Shown piece by piece: positions 11,686-24,931 of a stretch of DNA of 64,000 nucleotides. The stretch comes from Perna viridis (lineage: Eukaryota), in assembly GCA_037379345.1 (NCBI GenBank), contig CM074518.1, positions 3,224,001-3,288,000 of the forward strand, written 5' to 3'. Within the stretch, counting starts at the first letter, position 1. Each line of letters starts with the position of its first letter. The notes under the pieces were generated by a model, which was not told the origin of the DNA, did not search any database, and saw nothing but the letters and a program-made list of their open reading frames with translations. The position numbers and the translations under genes were made by a program.

Positions 11686-13777
11686 AGTATTCAAGATTTT
11701 AATGGGTCATTTCTGACATTTAAGTAAAACCCTGTTACTTTAATGGACCATTTTCGGCTTCATCCGTTGGATTTGTTTTACAGTTTTACATTGTTCATGT
11801 ATGTATTCATGTAAATTTTTAATTATACATGTATTTTCTGTTTCCTTGTACATGCACAGTGTTGTCACGATGTGTTTTTGCTCTCCCATTTAAAAAAATC
11901 TGAAAATATGTGTTGAAGACAAAAAAAAAACTTGCTTCAACTTCCATTAAATACATGTACATTAAGACTTACAGTATTATGCATTATCTTAAGTAGGAGT
12001 AGGACTAACTCTAAACAGCAAATAATTAAAAAATACAACAACTATCCCGAAAAACAATCAAAAACTCATGTTTACCTAAAACCCAAATGAACCAAAAAAT
12101 AAAAATAACCATCAGTGTTCTCCTCAGGCCATTATAGTGCTGCACTTTGCAGCGCTATTTGATTTTAGCACTGTGCTATCAGTAATTAATTGTAGATAAA
12201 AATTAACTATGGGCACTGTGCTAAAATTTTTGCTAATATTTTGATATTTTTAAAATATTAACTGAATATTGTGTTGTTTGCAGTTGTGATTAGAGCTGGC
12301 AATTACAAGTTCTAATTAAGATCATGACTTGGTCCAATGTCCAAATACAAAAATAAACATATTTGTACATGTCAAGCCTTGAAAGGGCTGAAGAAAAAAA
12401 AACATGCTTGCAGAATGCATCTGATGATCTTGTTATAAAATTGCAAATAGCCTTTAGTGAACACTTGACTGCACTGTCTTGCCTTGAACATAGAGAATGA
12501 CATTAAATGACTAGCTTACTGTTTTCCTTGGAGCCTTATTCACCTAAGATTATTTTCAGTACATGTACATGTATGTCACATGGGTTTAATTTGGTCAAAA
12601 ATAGTTCTTTTTTTCTGTACATTCAAGTATCTGTTCCAGCAAGTCAAGAATTTTCTCTTGGTGTGAACTACCTGTACTGCCTATAATTAATCTTTCTTCC
12701 TTAAATTTGATTTTGAATGGGTCTTTCTTTCAATTCTGCTTGAACTTTCTAAAAAAAGAAACCCAACATTTGTCTCATACATGTACATGTAGTTCTCACA
12801 TTTGTCTATTATGCTCTTAGTGGAGTGTGCCATCTTACACTTTCATTGGTCTATTCAGGCAGTTCATCCATGTTCCCAAGGAACATTTCTCCCCTTCCAT
12901 TCTTTAACTGTGTAAAGGAAGTCAGAATTTTTCCTCTCCAAACTCACACTTTTTTAGAGGAGGGCAGTTCATCCATGTCTCGAGGAGTATTTCTCCTTAC
13001 AATATACTTTTTTGTATTGACAGTCTGTAGAATGTTCAGAGAGAGTACTTGTATCTTTGTGTTGACTTACAGAAAATGTCATCACATGCTACACTGGTAC
13101 TTTCTCAGAAGTCTAAACTGTGACATACTTTTACCATCAGAGATTAAAGAAATAGTGAATATTTAAGAGCATACAGTGTATGTATGTTATGCCTGTTAAT
13201 AATGATTACTATAGGTCTTAGAGGATCTGTTTTGTACAATTTCATTAATTTATCTCCACCAAAAATGGAAAGCCAATAAAGGCCCTACCACTGCCATCAT
13301 TTAATTTGGCTCAATAAATCGAAATAAGTTTGAAAATATTGATTTTGATCTTCCCTTTCAAATGTGAAGCAAAACTCATTATGGAACTTGGTTTCATTTA
13401 AATACAGGGTTTTAAGTCTGTACAATTTTCTGATTAAGAGGTATCATTACGTCAGCAAAATTGAACGGTTATGGTCGACGATTTGTAAGTAGATAAATAC
13501 CCCAAACAATACACATCACGATTCTAGTGGTAATTAGATTTAGAGTACCTTTTATTGACTTTAATATTACAACAGATTTTCTTTTGAATACAAAAAATAA
13601 TTCGTTTTTCTCATTGGCAAACTTCCAGCTGATTGTGTTTGATTATCAATACATTTATATTATGAACCATGATAATCTATAAACATCTCCATAAATGTTT
13701 GTGACCAGCAGAACTGTTACAATAAAATAATGGTGGTCTGACTGTAAATTCCAGTGCCGTTGAGGCTGCTCACATAT

Positions 13778-13819
13778 TCATTCTTTTGGCTATAACCTTG
13801 GTTCTCTTGATTACTCTTT
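13778..13819 (+). mobile_element. ~40-bp extreme 3' end of the same Penelope-like family
   Basis: CATTCTTTTG..GCTATAACCTTGGTTCTCTTGATTACTCT matches the reverse complement of ~22141-22185. Confidence 0.6.
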
Positions 13820-14407
13820 GAAATAGTGGTAAACAAGATGTATCCAAATGATACTCCAAAACATCCACAGCAAATCATGGTTCATAATATCTACATACAT
13901 TTTGTGACATGTACTAATATACATTTTTGATATTTGGACAGTTTTAACAGACCCTGTGTCCAAATAGTGTTTTTCTTAGAAGTGATTAACATAATGTAAA
14001 TCTCCATGCACCTTTTCTGCATTCCCAAGTGGCTGGGGCACAAAACAAATCAGTGACTCCATGCCCTTTTTGTAAATACATTGTATATAACAACTTGATG
14101 AACCCAAGCTCATTGTTTCTAAAGCTGATGCATGATGTATGAACCTTAGACTTTCATGCTTTTTGTGTCCTTTTTGAAACAAAGGAAAATGCCAATTTTG
14201 TAATCTTAAGGCAGACCACTACCAAAGAGCCTTGCAAACTCTTGTGTATAAATAGGATTTCAGTGTAATAAGAAATTTGCTCCAGAGTAGCTCTCTCTCT
14301 GCCACATACATGTACCAGGAGGACAAGAAGCTTTTACAAAACTTAATGGGATTATGTACAGACTGATGAAACATTGATAGTTCAAATACATGTATAAAGG
14401 AAGTTCA

Positions 14408-15002
14408 ATTGTCCCCATGACACGTCGCAAGGGAATATGGAAATGACTATTGGCATCCTTCTGTGTATGTGTCTGTGGTTTCCGCATTCTTTTGTAATGC
14501 TTTAACCAAATAAGTTTGTTTTTGGTATGTGGCCCTATTATGAAGAGTTACAAAAGTAAGTTTAATTTTTGTTATGGTTGAATGATTTTTACGGAAGTTA
14601 TGGTCCTTGGACTTCAGTGATTCAGTGAATTTACAGTTTTCTGCACTTTTTTTTGTAATGCTTTTACCAATTGATTTTATATTTTGTATGTAGTCTTACT
14701 ATGAGAAGTTACTGATTATGTTCGACTTTGGTTACGGTTGAAAGATTTTTACAGAAGTTACGGCCCTTGGACCTAGAACATTTCGGTGAATTTAGTCTAC
14801 ACTTTTTTGTTATGCTTTTATCAATTGGTTTTGTCTTTTGTATGTAGTCTTACTATGAGAAGTTACAGATTAAGTTCTAATTTGGTTATGGATGATTGTT
14901 TTTTATGGAAGTTATGGCCCTTGGACTTAGAAAATTTCAGTGAATTTAAAGTTTTCTGCACTTTTTTTTAGCGGGGGACATGGGAACGCTGTTCTTTATT
15001 TT
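14408..15002 (+). mobile_element. Degenerate Helentron-type element with ~3 internal satellite units
   Basis: TGTCCCC/GGGGACA subterminal inverted repeat, a microsatellite-like stretch, and repeated GAAGTTAYGGYCCTTGGAC units. Confidence 0.6.
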
Positions 15003-15077
15003 ATATTGTAATGATTGTATTCACATTTGTCTTTTGTATTGTGTACATAGCACACAAGTGTCTTCCTTAGTGACTAG

Positions 15078-15577
15078 CCCTGTGCGGGTCCAGGTGTCAA
15101 AAGAATAGGCCTAGGCAGCACTAAGCTTGTAGTAAAAGGCAACTAAATAGTGCTCAGAACCTTGGTCAAGGGCTAAGGCGCTCTGCCCACAAAGCAACTG
15201 GGTTGTGTGCCCCAGGTGGTGGAATAGGGTACCCCTGCCATGTTTCATGATGGGGTCGTTAGGCCATAATACGGAAAACCTGACCGCAAACCGTAGTGGT
15301 GCATCGTGTTTGGAAAAATGCCACGTTCCTCGCACGTTGAAGAACCCTGCTGTGGTATAGTTGGAACCATTTGGATCTGCCACAGAAGAGTAAATTGCCC
15401 GAACCTACCCACCTCTTCCTATTTTCAGTGACAGTCAAAATTTGTCAACCCTATCATCCTTGTGTCCTATCCCAGTTTTCATTTCATGTTCATTATATCA
15501 TCCATGTCATGTTCATCGCTTGAATATAGCTGAAATATTGCTGCTCGGGCATTCAACATCAACAATGAATTAATCAA
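15078..15577 (+). mobile_element. SINE-like retroposon, copy 1 (non-tRNA head, Deu/Nin-like core, simple-repeat tail)
   Basis: Colinear with 42599-43110. TSD TAGTGACTAG at 15068-15077 and 15582-15591. Core GCACGTTGAAGAACCC. Confidence 0.8.
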
Positions 15578-15579
15578 TT

Positions 15580-16050
15580 CATAGTGACTAGAGAGCACAA
15601 ATGTCATTTTATAGTGATTACAGGCACATATCATGACCTGTGGTTTTATAGTGACAACAGAGCACATGGGTCTCTTTATAGACCATATTGACTAGAGAGC
15701 AAACATGTCATTTTACATGTACATTGTATAGTGATTACAGAGCATAAGTGTCTTATAGTGTCTAAAGAGCACACATGTGTCATTCATAATGACTAAAAGC
15801 ACGCTTATTCTATAGTGACTACAGAGCACATGTGTGTCTTGATTTTAGAGTGACTACAGAACACACATGTGTCTTGCATATTGACTAGAAAGTACACATA
15901 ATTTAGTAGTGACTATAGTATAGAGCACATGTGCATCTTTCATATTGACTAGAGAACACATTTTATTGTTACTACATCTGTGTCTTAATTTTATAGTGAC
16001 TTCAGAGCACACATGTAATTTTATAGTGACAACAGAAACATATGTGTCTT
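15580..16050. repeat. Degenerate ~30-bp minisatellite
   Basis: Recurrent ATAGTGACTANAGAGCACATGTGTC. Confidence 0.8.
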
Positions 16051-17937
16051 ATAATTTTCGACTGATTTTGACTTTTTAAGATATTTACACTAGTACATAT
16101 AAAAGTACATTTTGTATGTTGTAGAATTTTGATCATCATGTTTTCTATTGTTTTTAGTTTTCAGTTTTCTATTTGTACTACGGTGCATGTACATTGTAAA
16201 TGAATACATATATATCAATGGTCTTAGTTACCCATAATTTTTAATTTTTGAGAAAGACTTTCATTGCATTTGTTTGATAGAGAATGGTTGCATTTTATTT
16301 TTGGATCTTAAAATGCTATTAAATTTTAATACTGGTACATACATGTAAAATAGCTATAGCTTTAATTCCATAATTGTATCAACTTATTTGTTGTACATGT
16401 ATATATTAAGCCAGTTTTGTCTTATTTGTAGTAGATAACCTTTGTGCAAGATACAGAAATTGTAACTAAATTGCAAAAACCTTTTTTTTTTCTAAAACAA
16501 TGACTTATTTTCTTTTGAAATATGATTGATCTTGATGTTGCCACTGATGTCTGTGTCTGTGATTTTTTGATATATTTTATAACTTGTATGTAATACCGTA
16601 GAAAAGTTATTATAAAATTCTGCATCAATTTATTTGTTTTGTTAAGGAGTTTTTCATTGAGGATGTCATAAAACATTCACCCTAGGGCATTACTGGTATT
16701 GAAATAACTATCTGATGAATGAGTTAGGCTGGATACAATGTGTATTCATTTGTAAATTAAGTTTTACATTGTGTTCTTTATGTATGTACATGTAAAAGAT
16801 TGTTGCAAGTTGCAACCTACATGTACATGTATATGAGTACAGAAATGAAGTGACTGTTACCTGGATAACTTAATATACTGGTGGGGATGTGGGGCTCAGA
16901 GCATATGACTTAAAAGAATGAAGTTTCACTTTTGGTTTGACCCCAACAAGTGTTAAAATTTCCAGCCTTCCAGAGACTACATGTACAATAAGCTGTGCAT
17001 ATTTTGAAGTTGTCACTAATTTTTAAGGCTGGTCAGAGAAGCTGAAGGTTTTTTTTATTCCTATGTAACTTGAACAAGGTCGTTGGGATTAGGAGGTGAA
17101 TATGATTAGATGGGGCCTTGTGTCATTTACACATTAAAGCTATAAATGTCCCAATAAAGTCACATTTTTGATATAGAGTCTTAAAGAACTGTTCATTGAA
17201 ATATTGATTCAGGTTGTTCATTTCTCAATGTTTTAATCCCAGTCATTGCCAAAACACACTATGAATTCAAACATTTGAACATTTAAATACAGATTCTTAA
17301 TCTTTGAAGTTGCTTGATATTCACTCTATTTCAATGTGAATTAACATATAAGTTTTCAGTCCATACGTTTTGGTTGTATTTTATTGAATATCCATGTATT
17401 ATTAGAAATTTGAATGAATGCTTGTTTCTCAAGAGATGTGGTATTAGGAGATCTTGTTTCTGAGTTCATTGCTTATTGTTCAAGAACTCTAAATAATACA
17501 GATTCAGTACAAAGACAAGAAGGTGTGCATGCTTATAGAAAGATGCGTATTTTATATAGATAATTTTGATGTACAGGGGGGTACATGATTTATAAATGAA
17601 TCCAAGGTGTACAATTTAACACTTGGAACAGTAATGCAGTACATGCAATAGTGAATTGAATATGCAATTGTTCTATTGAATGATTGAGGCCAACTCAGCC
17701 AAATGATAATTCATAGCTTACCAGTACACAACAAATATTGACAACTCAAAAAAAATGAGACTGAAGAAAAGTTTTAAAAAACTCTTGAAAGGAATAATTG
17801 TGAAAAACTTTTTTCAATGAACAAGTGTACAGTTTTGTCAATTTCTATTATTGTCATGTTTCCTCTATTTACTATATGACTGAAGGTGTTTTTTAGTGTT
17901 AAATATGACAAAAAAATCAACCACCTATGCATATTGT

Positions 17938-18070
17938 GGCCCTAGCGCCACAAAACTTGAAAATTCTTAACTGTTTGTGACATCAGTTTCATATAATTTA
18001 ATTGGAGTTGCCTCAGAATTTGAGAATATTCTCAGACTTAAATATTTTGAACTTTTATGGTGCTTGGGCC
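17938..18070. mobile_element. PIF/Harbinger-like MITE
   Basis: GGCCCTAGCGCCACAAAA and TTTTATGGTGCTTGGGCC form inverted termini. Confidence 0.5.
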
Positions 18071-18166
18071 TGGTACTGATAAAAACAAAACAAAGAGAGG
18101 TGGCAGCCAACTGACTGACTATGTATTAACCATGTTCTTAACCCTTCATTAATTTTTTTTTTTCAG

Positions 18167-18220
18167 ATTTATTTTTGGAACATGTGATGTGATGCATGAA
18201 TTCAAGAATTACAAAAAAAG
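18167..18220 (+). other. BCL9: Candidate BCL9 5' UTR exon (54 nt)
   Basis: Long T-tract with CAG acceptor, and AAG|GTAAAT donor. Confidence 0.5.
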
Positions 18221-19184
18221 GTAAATAAAATATTTTTTTTTACTGAAAATGACTATTAGATTGGTACCTGTAGTTATGATGCTTGCAAGGCTTAATTTAG
18301 ACATCAATGACAAGAAAAGGATTTGGTAAGTTCTATTTGAAAAATGACGACAATATTGTCATTTTTGACAATGTAATGTATTACAAAGACTTCTCCCTGT
18401 CAAAAACAAAAAGGAGAAGTGAGCACAAACAAGGAGAAGTTTTTGCTCATTTCTCCTTCTAGATTAGGTCCTGGGTGCTTGGACATTTTAGACATTGGTT
18501 TGTTTCTTGTTGTTATGATGCTTACTATTAGAAACACAACCAATTCTTTCAAAGAAAAGAAAAAGAAGATACGCCATGTGTTTGCATTGATTTCACTAAA
18601 AAAAAATATTGTTAAGTATGGTTTTAAATCAGGGTTGTGTCAGATCAATATTTTGTAACATGATTTGATTGTCTGATTGTTTGACTTCGATGATCTGTAC
18701 AAGTCTACACGCTTCTGTGGTTATTATTTTAATAAGAATCAGACAATATGCATGTACATGGAACTTTTCAATGCTGTATCTTAATATATATTGTTGCAAT
18801 TTTATACCCCTGCTTTGGGGAAGTGTGATGCTTAGAGTTGTCCTAAAATTGGTACAATGCAAAGCTTATCTTTATGCATTGCAAAACAAAATTATCAATG
18901 AAGATTGTACTTAACTTTTCATGCTACCAGTTTAAAATAGTTAACTTTTTTTGTATTCTACATGTAAGGAGGAAAACATACATGTACATGAATAGATTAG
19001 ATGTCAATTATAATTATTTGAATCATCATGGAATAATGAATTGTATATTTTGGGACTATCCATTAAATAAGTGAAAATGTTTAATCAATGATTCTAAGTG
19101 AGTAAGTTAATTTTTCAAGGATTGAAATCTTATTTGAAAAATTGACCAACATTTTTACTGGCATGTATCTACATAAAATCAATG

Positions 19185-19580
19185 TCTAGCCACATCTTTA
19201 CACTCACAAACTCAGTGTTCATCGACATCTGTACTTACTTACACAATCTCTAGCCACATCTTTACTCACATTCTCTACACCAACATCTGTACTTAAATAA
19301 TCAGGCTTCATTCACATCTGTACACACACATACTCAGTCTCCACCAACATGTACCTTTGTTTTCTGTACTCACATACTCAATCTCCATCCACATCAGAAC
19401 ATAGTCAGACTCTACCCATCTTTGTGTTCTGTACTCACATACTTATTCTCAGTCCACATCATTACATACTCAGTCACCATCTGCATTTGCTTTCTGTATT
19501 CACATACTGGGTTACACCCATACTGATCATTCTCAAATGATTTCACCCAGGTATTCAGTCTTAACACACATCTTTACTCA
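19185..19580. repeat. Highly degenerate CA-rich tandem repeat
   Basis: Recurrent CACATCTGTACTCACATACTCAGTC-like units. Confidence 0.65.
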
Positions 19581-19869
19581 CAAGTTTTATTTCCGATATC
19601 AAAGTCTTATCGATAAATATTCTGTTTCTAACAAAAAGATTTTAGATGATGAATTTGCACAAATCAAGAAATCCTCTGTTTCTTTACCTGTACACGTATT
19701 GAATAATTTTCATCTTGAACTTGACAAATCTTCTCCACAAAGTTAAAGATCAACATTTGTGAATTCTCTTATTTCTGCTTTGGCAGTTGTTGTCTTCCTC
19801 TCATGTTATGCTACATGTAGTCAGTCCTGATGACAGCCAAAGATTTGGGCCCTTAATTTTTATTTCATT

Positions 19870-20430
19870 ATTTTTATTTTTATATGACAGCAAAAAATAT
19901 GTGGTCACATATTGGTATCATGCTGTTGTCTGCATGGTGTTCATAAACATGGACAAGAATGTGTAAATGTATAGATCTTTATGAAGTTATACCACAAGGT
20001 GTCAGAAATGGGCAGAAAGAAGTATGTCAGGATGTCTGGACAATAACTTTAGTAAATGTGAATGAATTTCTTTGAAATTGTTCAACAATATGTCATACTA
20101 TAAAAGGAAAGCTTAGCTTGATTAAGGGGTTTATGACATGAAATATGTAGGACAGGAATTGATTTTGGGGGTTGTAACTTGAATTATTTATAAATAAGTG
20201 GCCAAAAAGGGGCCACTTTGATTCTGGTCAAATTGTATTTTAAATTCAGAGCTGTACCAAGCTTGAATGGTGTGCCCATACTTGCCCTGATTGTTCAAGG
20301 TTTGACCTCTGTGGTCATATCAATTTGGGCCCAGTGAAGTTTTTGTCAGTATTACTCTGGAATTCTAGATTTGACTGTTTTTGAAACTGTACCACAAGGT
20401 GTCAGACTTTTCATTTTCAGAAGGTATGGG
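19870..20430 (+). mobile_element. Degenerate Helentron-type element, related to 56300-57250
   Basis: Shares AGCTGTAYCAAGYTTGAATGGTGTGYCCATAYTTGCCC (~20250 vs ~57160) and GACAATAACTT...AAATGTGAATG units. Confidence 0.55.
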
Positions 20431-21608
20431 TTGGAATATGATTGGTTTTAGTAGTGTATTGATATACACGTACCAGTAATACATATATTACAGTTGTTGC
20501 AGCAGTTAGTAAAGAGATGACATGTGTATACAATGTTCTTGTTAAGAGAACAGGTGCCATTGTTGTAAAATGTTATGGTTCATATTTTGAAATTAAAATC
20601 TTGTTAAGGTGCTCTTAATTTTATGTTTAATACTTTAAAATTACAGATCTTTTTGAAACATCATTAAACCCCTAGTGAAACTTTGTCAACAGTTATATTG
20701 TCAGATATGTTGACTCAATATAATATAGATGTGAACATTAACATGTTATTATTTGATCAACAATATAGTTCTCTCCGATTCTTTTCACACAGCGATACTT
20801 TATTTACTACTAACCATCACAGCGCGGACATTTAAACAGACCCAAATCAATGCATAAATGATATTGAAGTTTTGTACATATAAAGGTAGCAGACTTTAAC
20901 AAAAGACAAGTATTCAATCTTTACCTGTGTGTTTGAAAGATTTAACAAAAGGGGGAAGTTGCCTCTATCATGTGGTCAGGTCACGACTGACTTTTAACGT
21001 TGATTTGAGACAGATTAAAATGAGAAACACATCACAGTACTGGTACAAGATATTTAACACAGGTATCTATTTTCTCATATTTTGTTAAAATTTGTATTTG
21101 TTTATTTTACAAGGAGCTTTGTCAGCCATGTTTATTGAATTAAGGGTTAAAGTTTGTGGTAGATTAATCGTAAAAAGACAATTGACCCCAGGGTCACCTG
21201 CGTCCTTCTTTTCTAGCAGAGTCGTTAGAATTTACCTGTTAAATACAGTAGTAGCGACAGTAATGTGTTATTTACACATGTAAACAAATAATGACAATGA
21301 GATTTAACGGAGACTTGTAATAACAACCCTATGGTGTATTTTTATAGGATTGTTAATCTCCGATTCATCATGATTTGATAGCTTGGGTGATATACCTGTA
21401 ATTTGTAGAAAAAATCAATTAGTTGTTCTTATGATACTGTAATTACAGAAGCCTTAAAGGATAGGAAGATACCTTGGCTGCTGTCAATATCTTGTCAATC
21501 AAAAATTGTCTCCTTTTGTACATGTGTATTATTTCGGATCTGTTTTTTTTTTAACTACATGAGTGATTTCAGACATGAGATTTAAAATGCATATTATTTA
21601 GATGAAGA

Positions 21609-21712
21609 GTCCTCTTAATTTTATCTGTGATGATTACTGGTACATGTTTTTCTGATCTCTTCTGATCAGAAAAACATGTACCAGTAATCATCACAGATAA
21701 AATTAAGAGGAC
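21609..21712. repeat. Perfect inverted repeat: 49-bp arms, 6-nt loop
   Basis: 21609-21657 is the exact reverse complement of 21664-21712. Loop TCTTCT. Confidence 0.95.
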
Positions 21713-22139
21713 CCTTCTTATCATAAAACATACATTTCTGTATTTACCCTGTATATGTTACCATGGAATTCTACTTAAATTTTTTTTTTCAGTATATACA
21801 CAGTATTTTTAAAGTTGAGTTTAATTGTGGGGATTACCAAACTTCAAATTCTTTTGAAAAATATTGCTAAATTTAACCCTGATTTACATTGTATATGTGA
21901 ACTTACATGTAAGTTTGTTGTAGCCTGTTTCTAAAATGAAGTAAGGGGCATTAAAACTATTAGTCTAAATGGTCTGGTTGTCCGGGACTATGTTTATGGA
22001 TCACATCATGATGAAACTTGGCACTAATGTATATAATAATGTCAGGGATAATTTTCTTTCTTTTTAACAGATTTCCACATTTTGGCAAATCCATATTTTA
22101 CTTAGGAATACTGACTTCTATTTTTGCATGTTCTTTGTA

Positions 22140-22395
22140 AGAGAGTAATCAAGGGAACCAAGGTTATAGCGGCAATCAAAAGAATGTAATCCAGGGACAA
22201 AGACCAGACATGGAAAACAGACACACACAACAAAGAACACAAAGCAACCAAAATCATACATACAAAGTAACAAAAGTAAATGAGCAACTCGGACTCCACT
22301 AAAAACTGGGAGCATTGACCAGGTGCTCCGGTAGGGTAAGTGTCCTCTGCTTTTCTAGAAACACCCGCCGAGTTGCTCATAAAAAGTCAAATCAT
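22140..22395 (-). mobile_element. 3' UTR and terminus of the Penelope-like element
   Basis: Aligns with 31175-31420 and with 3063-3100. Contains the ATGAGCAACTCGG/CCGAGTTGCTCAT inverted repeat. Confidence 0.8.
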
Positions 22396-24844
22396 GTCTG
22401 TAATGTAAACATCATTTAATATATACTTGTTATGGATTTGACAAGAAAGTGATGAGAAGGGCACCAGTTTCAATATCTCTGCTTAAATGCTAAAAAAAAT
22501 ATTCAGCTACTTTTCACTATTTTAGAACAAGGCTTTACTGACTGTTTTTAACCTAATTTAGTGATAATGATTTTTTTCTTTTTTGTGTGTAAAATTTCCG
22601 TATATTTGAATGATGGTTTTCTATTTATTCTGGTGTTCAAATGTCACAAACCTTTACATGTACTTTGTATTATTTCTGACTTGAACCTTCCAACATCTAA
22701 ACTGATTTGTTAAGTCTAGATCCTCTCTTGAAGTTAAGTTTGTATGTTTTTTTTTCATCCCTTTTAATTTTAACACAATTTCTCTACCATATCAACAAGA
22801 GTTAAAAATAAAGCATATGTGTAATTTCAGGTTGTATTGCTTTGCTTTTGTGCCTTAAATTTGGACTGATGTTGAGTATCCTTAATTGCCAGCCTTTACA
22901 TTAGTTATTTTATTATTAAAAATAATGAGCTGTTGTTTTCTCCCATAAAATGTGACATAATTGTAGTCAAGTTACAGTAAGCTGTTTCTTCATGCACCTC
23001 CTTCCCCCCCCCCCCCCCCCAAAAAAAAAAAAAACCAAAAAAAAAAAAAACCAAACAAACAATCAAACAAAAGATGAAATAACACCGATTTTTCTCTTTG
23101 ACTAATACATAGAATTTATCAGTTCAGTAATTTTGTTATTATTCTTCATTTCTGGCCTGCCGACTGACTTATATTTTTACCTCCATTATGTACATGTATG
23201 ATAGCTATGTCCTTAAAATGAATACTAAGGACCAGAAGCTGTAGATATATATATATATATTTTAAGCTGCTATATAAAGATAGTGTCTCATCCTAGACTT
23301 CCTTGTGGTAACCTGACAATTTACTGTCCAAAACGTCTACAGACTTGATACATTTTTATTTTTTAAGTGAAATTAAGTTTAAATAGTAAAACATGTTGAC
23401 ACTTAAAAAATACTTGACAACTATACATGTACATGTATGTAGAAGTCGTGTCCATCTTACATCTGATAAAATCTCAAAATTTGTGTCTATCTTCAAGTTC
23501 ATGAAAATCTTATTGATTTAAAACAAAATTTTAGATCAAAATAAACATTGTTTGGTAAATTTGTTTTTTTTTAAGATTTACATTGCATGGACAAGTGCAC
23601 TGTTTCGTCCAAAATTAAAGTTAGAGTGGGATTTGTTTAGAGTAGAATTTAAGAGTGGTGGGATGTGAAAAAATTGAGAGTGATTAAACTGGCAATGGAT
23701 AAATACATGTAAGATTGCGATTGCTGAAGATGTTCATGTGTTGGGTTTAGATAAAATTCTTCTTTGTTTTGTCTTTCGATATGTTAGTTTTCTAACATTT
23801 TTACTAAAGGATAAAATGTATTAAGAAGGGAGGAGTTCTTCTTTAGTTTCGTGATAATTTTTTCCATTATAAAATTCTGAATTTTGTAAGTAAATGTAAA
23901 TGCATACATCAGACAGAGCTATACACCTGCAATACAGTAGTTATAGCTGTCAATCAAATTATGAAGCAAACATTTGGATTTCAAAGCAGTTAGTCACACT
24001 TAATAAAAAGTGGAAAATATAAAACATTTATTTAAAGTGCAGAAAACTATTTCAAGTACTCTGAACAAACTGTTTACTGTGTGATAATATGGAGAAATTT
24101 AAATGAAATTTGGAAACTTTATTTCAGGGGTTTAACAAAGAGATCATAACCATCTTATCAGTATAATCATTAAATTGGAATGTTACCGAAAATGCTTGCT
24201 ACCTGAAAATCAGGTTAAAGGGACAGAGACAGAATTGAAATATGCCTGGAATTTTTGTATTTCTCCATGTTGCTTTTCGACAAAAATAAGTAAGATCCTG
24301 GTTAGCTTGTAGTTACACAATATATGTAATGGTGTCAGTCTTGTAATATAAGCTGCATGATTTATGACTTTTTGAGCAGTAGTATGTACATAGACAATTT
24401 TTATATGTGTTGAGTAATCATTAAAATGCTTTATGTTTTACTATACAGATATTTATATATAAACCAGTACAGATTAACATTAAATGCAAATGAGTGCAGT
24501 CTTTGTTTGCAGTGCATTAGCACTGTCTAAGTAAATGTTGGGGATGCTACTCATTATAATAATAATTAATTCATATACGATTTGTTTGGAATGTGAGCAT
24601 TATCTTCAGCAATGTAGGGTGGGGATCCTTCTCCTTTTATTTTGAGTTTTTACCTGTAACAGGTAAACTCTATGTTTGATGTCTTGTTTGAAGTAATGAA
24701 ATATTTCTTTATGATTTTAGGTAAAGCTCCTTACAAACCTTTTCTTTACTTTGTATTTGATGCTTCAGACAGGAAAAATATTATATCACACTAACAATAA
24801 ACAGTCCCTGAACTTTTAAAAACAAGTTGTGTCTTTATTTTCAG

Positions 24845-24931
24845 ATATCTTGCATTTTGAAGTACATATGGTATCAGGATAAAAACTAACAATATAAGAT
24901 ATGGTCTGAGCTGTTAATACATCAGTGAAAG
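24845..24931 (+). other. BCL9: Candidate BCL9 5' UTR exon (87 nt)
   Basis: TCTTTATTTTCAG acceptor and consensus AAG|GTAAGT donor. Confidence 0.55.

Noticed and set aside
19826-19856. CTGATGA followed by a possible stem as a second hammerhead
   Set aside because: There is no GAAA box and no stem I or stem III pairing.
22280-22380. SECIS element in the Naiad-like 3' UTR (stem begins ATGA)
   Set aside because: The ATGA pairs Watson-Crick with TCAT instead of forming the GA/GA quartet, and no in-frame TGA at a Cys position is seen in the ORF fragments.
23004-23070. Poly-C/poly-A run (also poly-T at ~11650 and a G-run at ~29520) as retrogene tails or functional G-quadruplexes
   Set aside because: These are simple homopolymers with no adjacent retrocopy or TSD, common in such genomes and error-prone in assembly.
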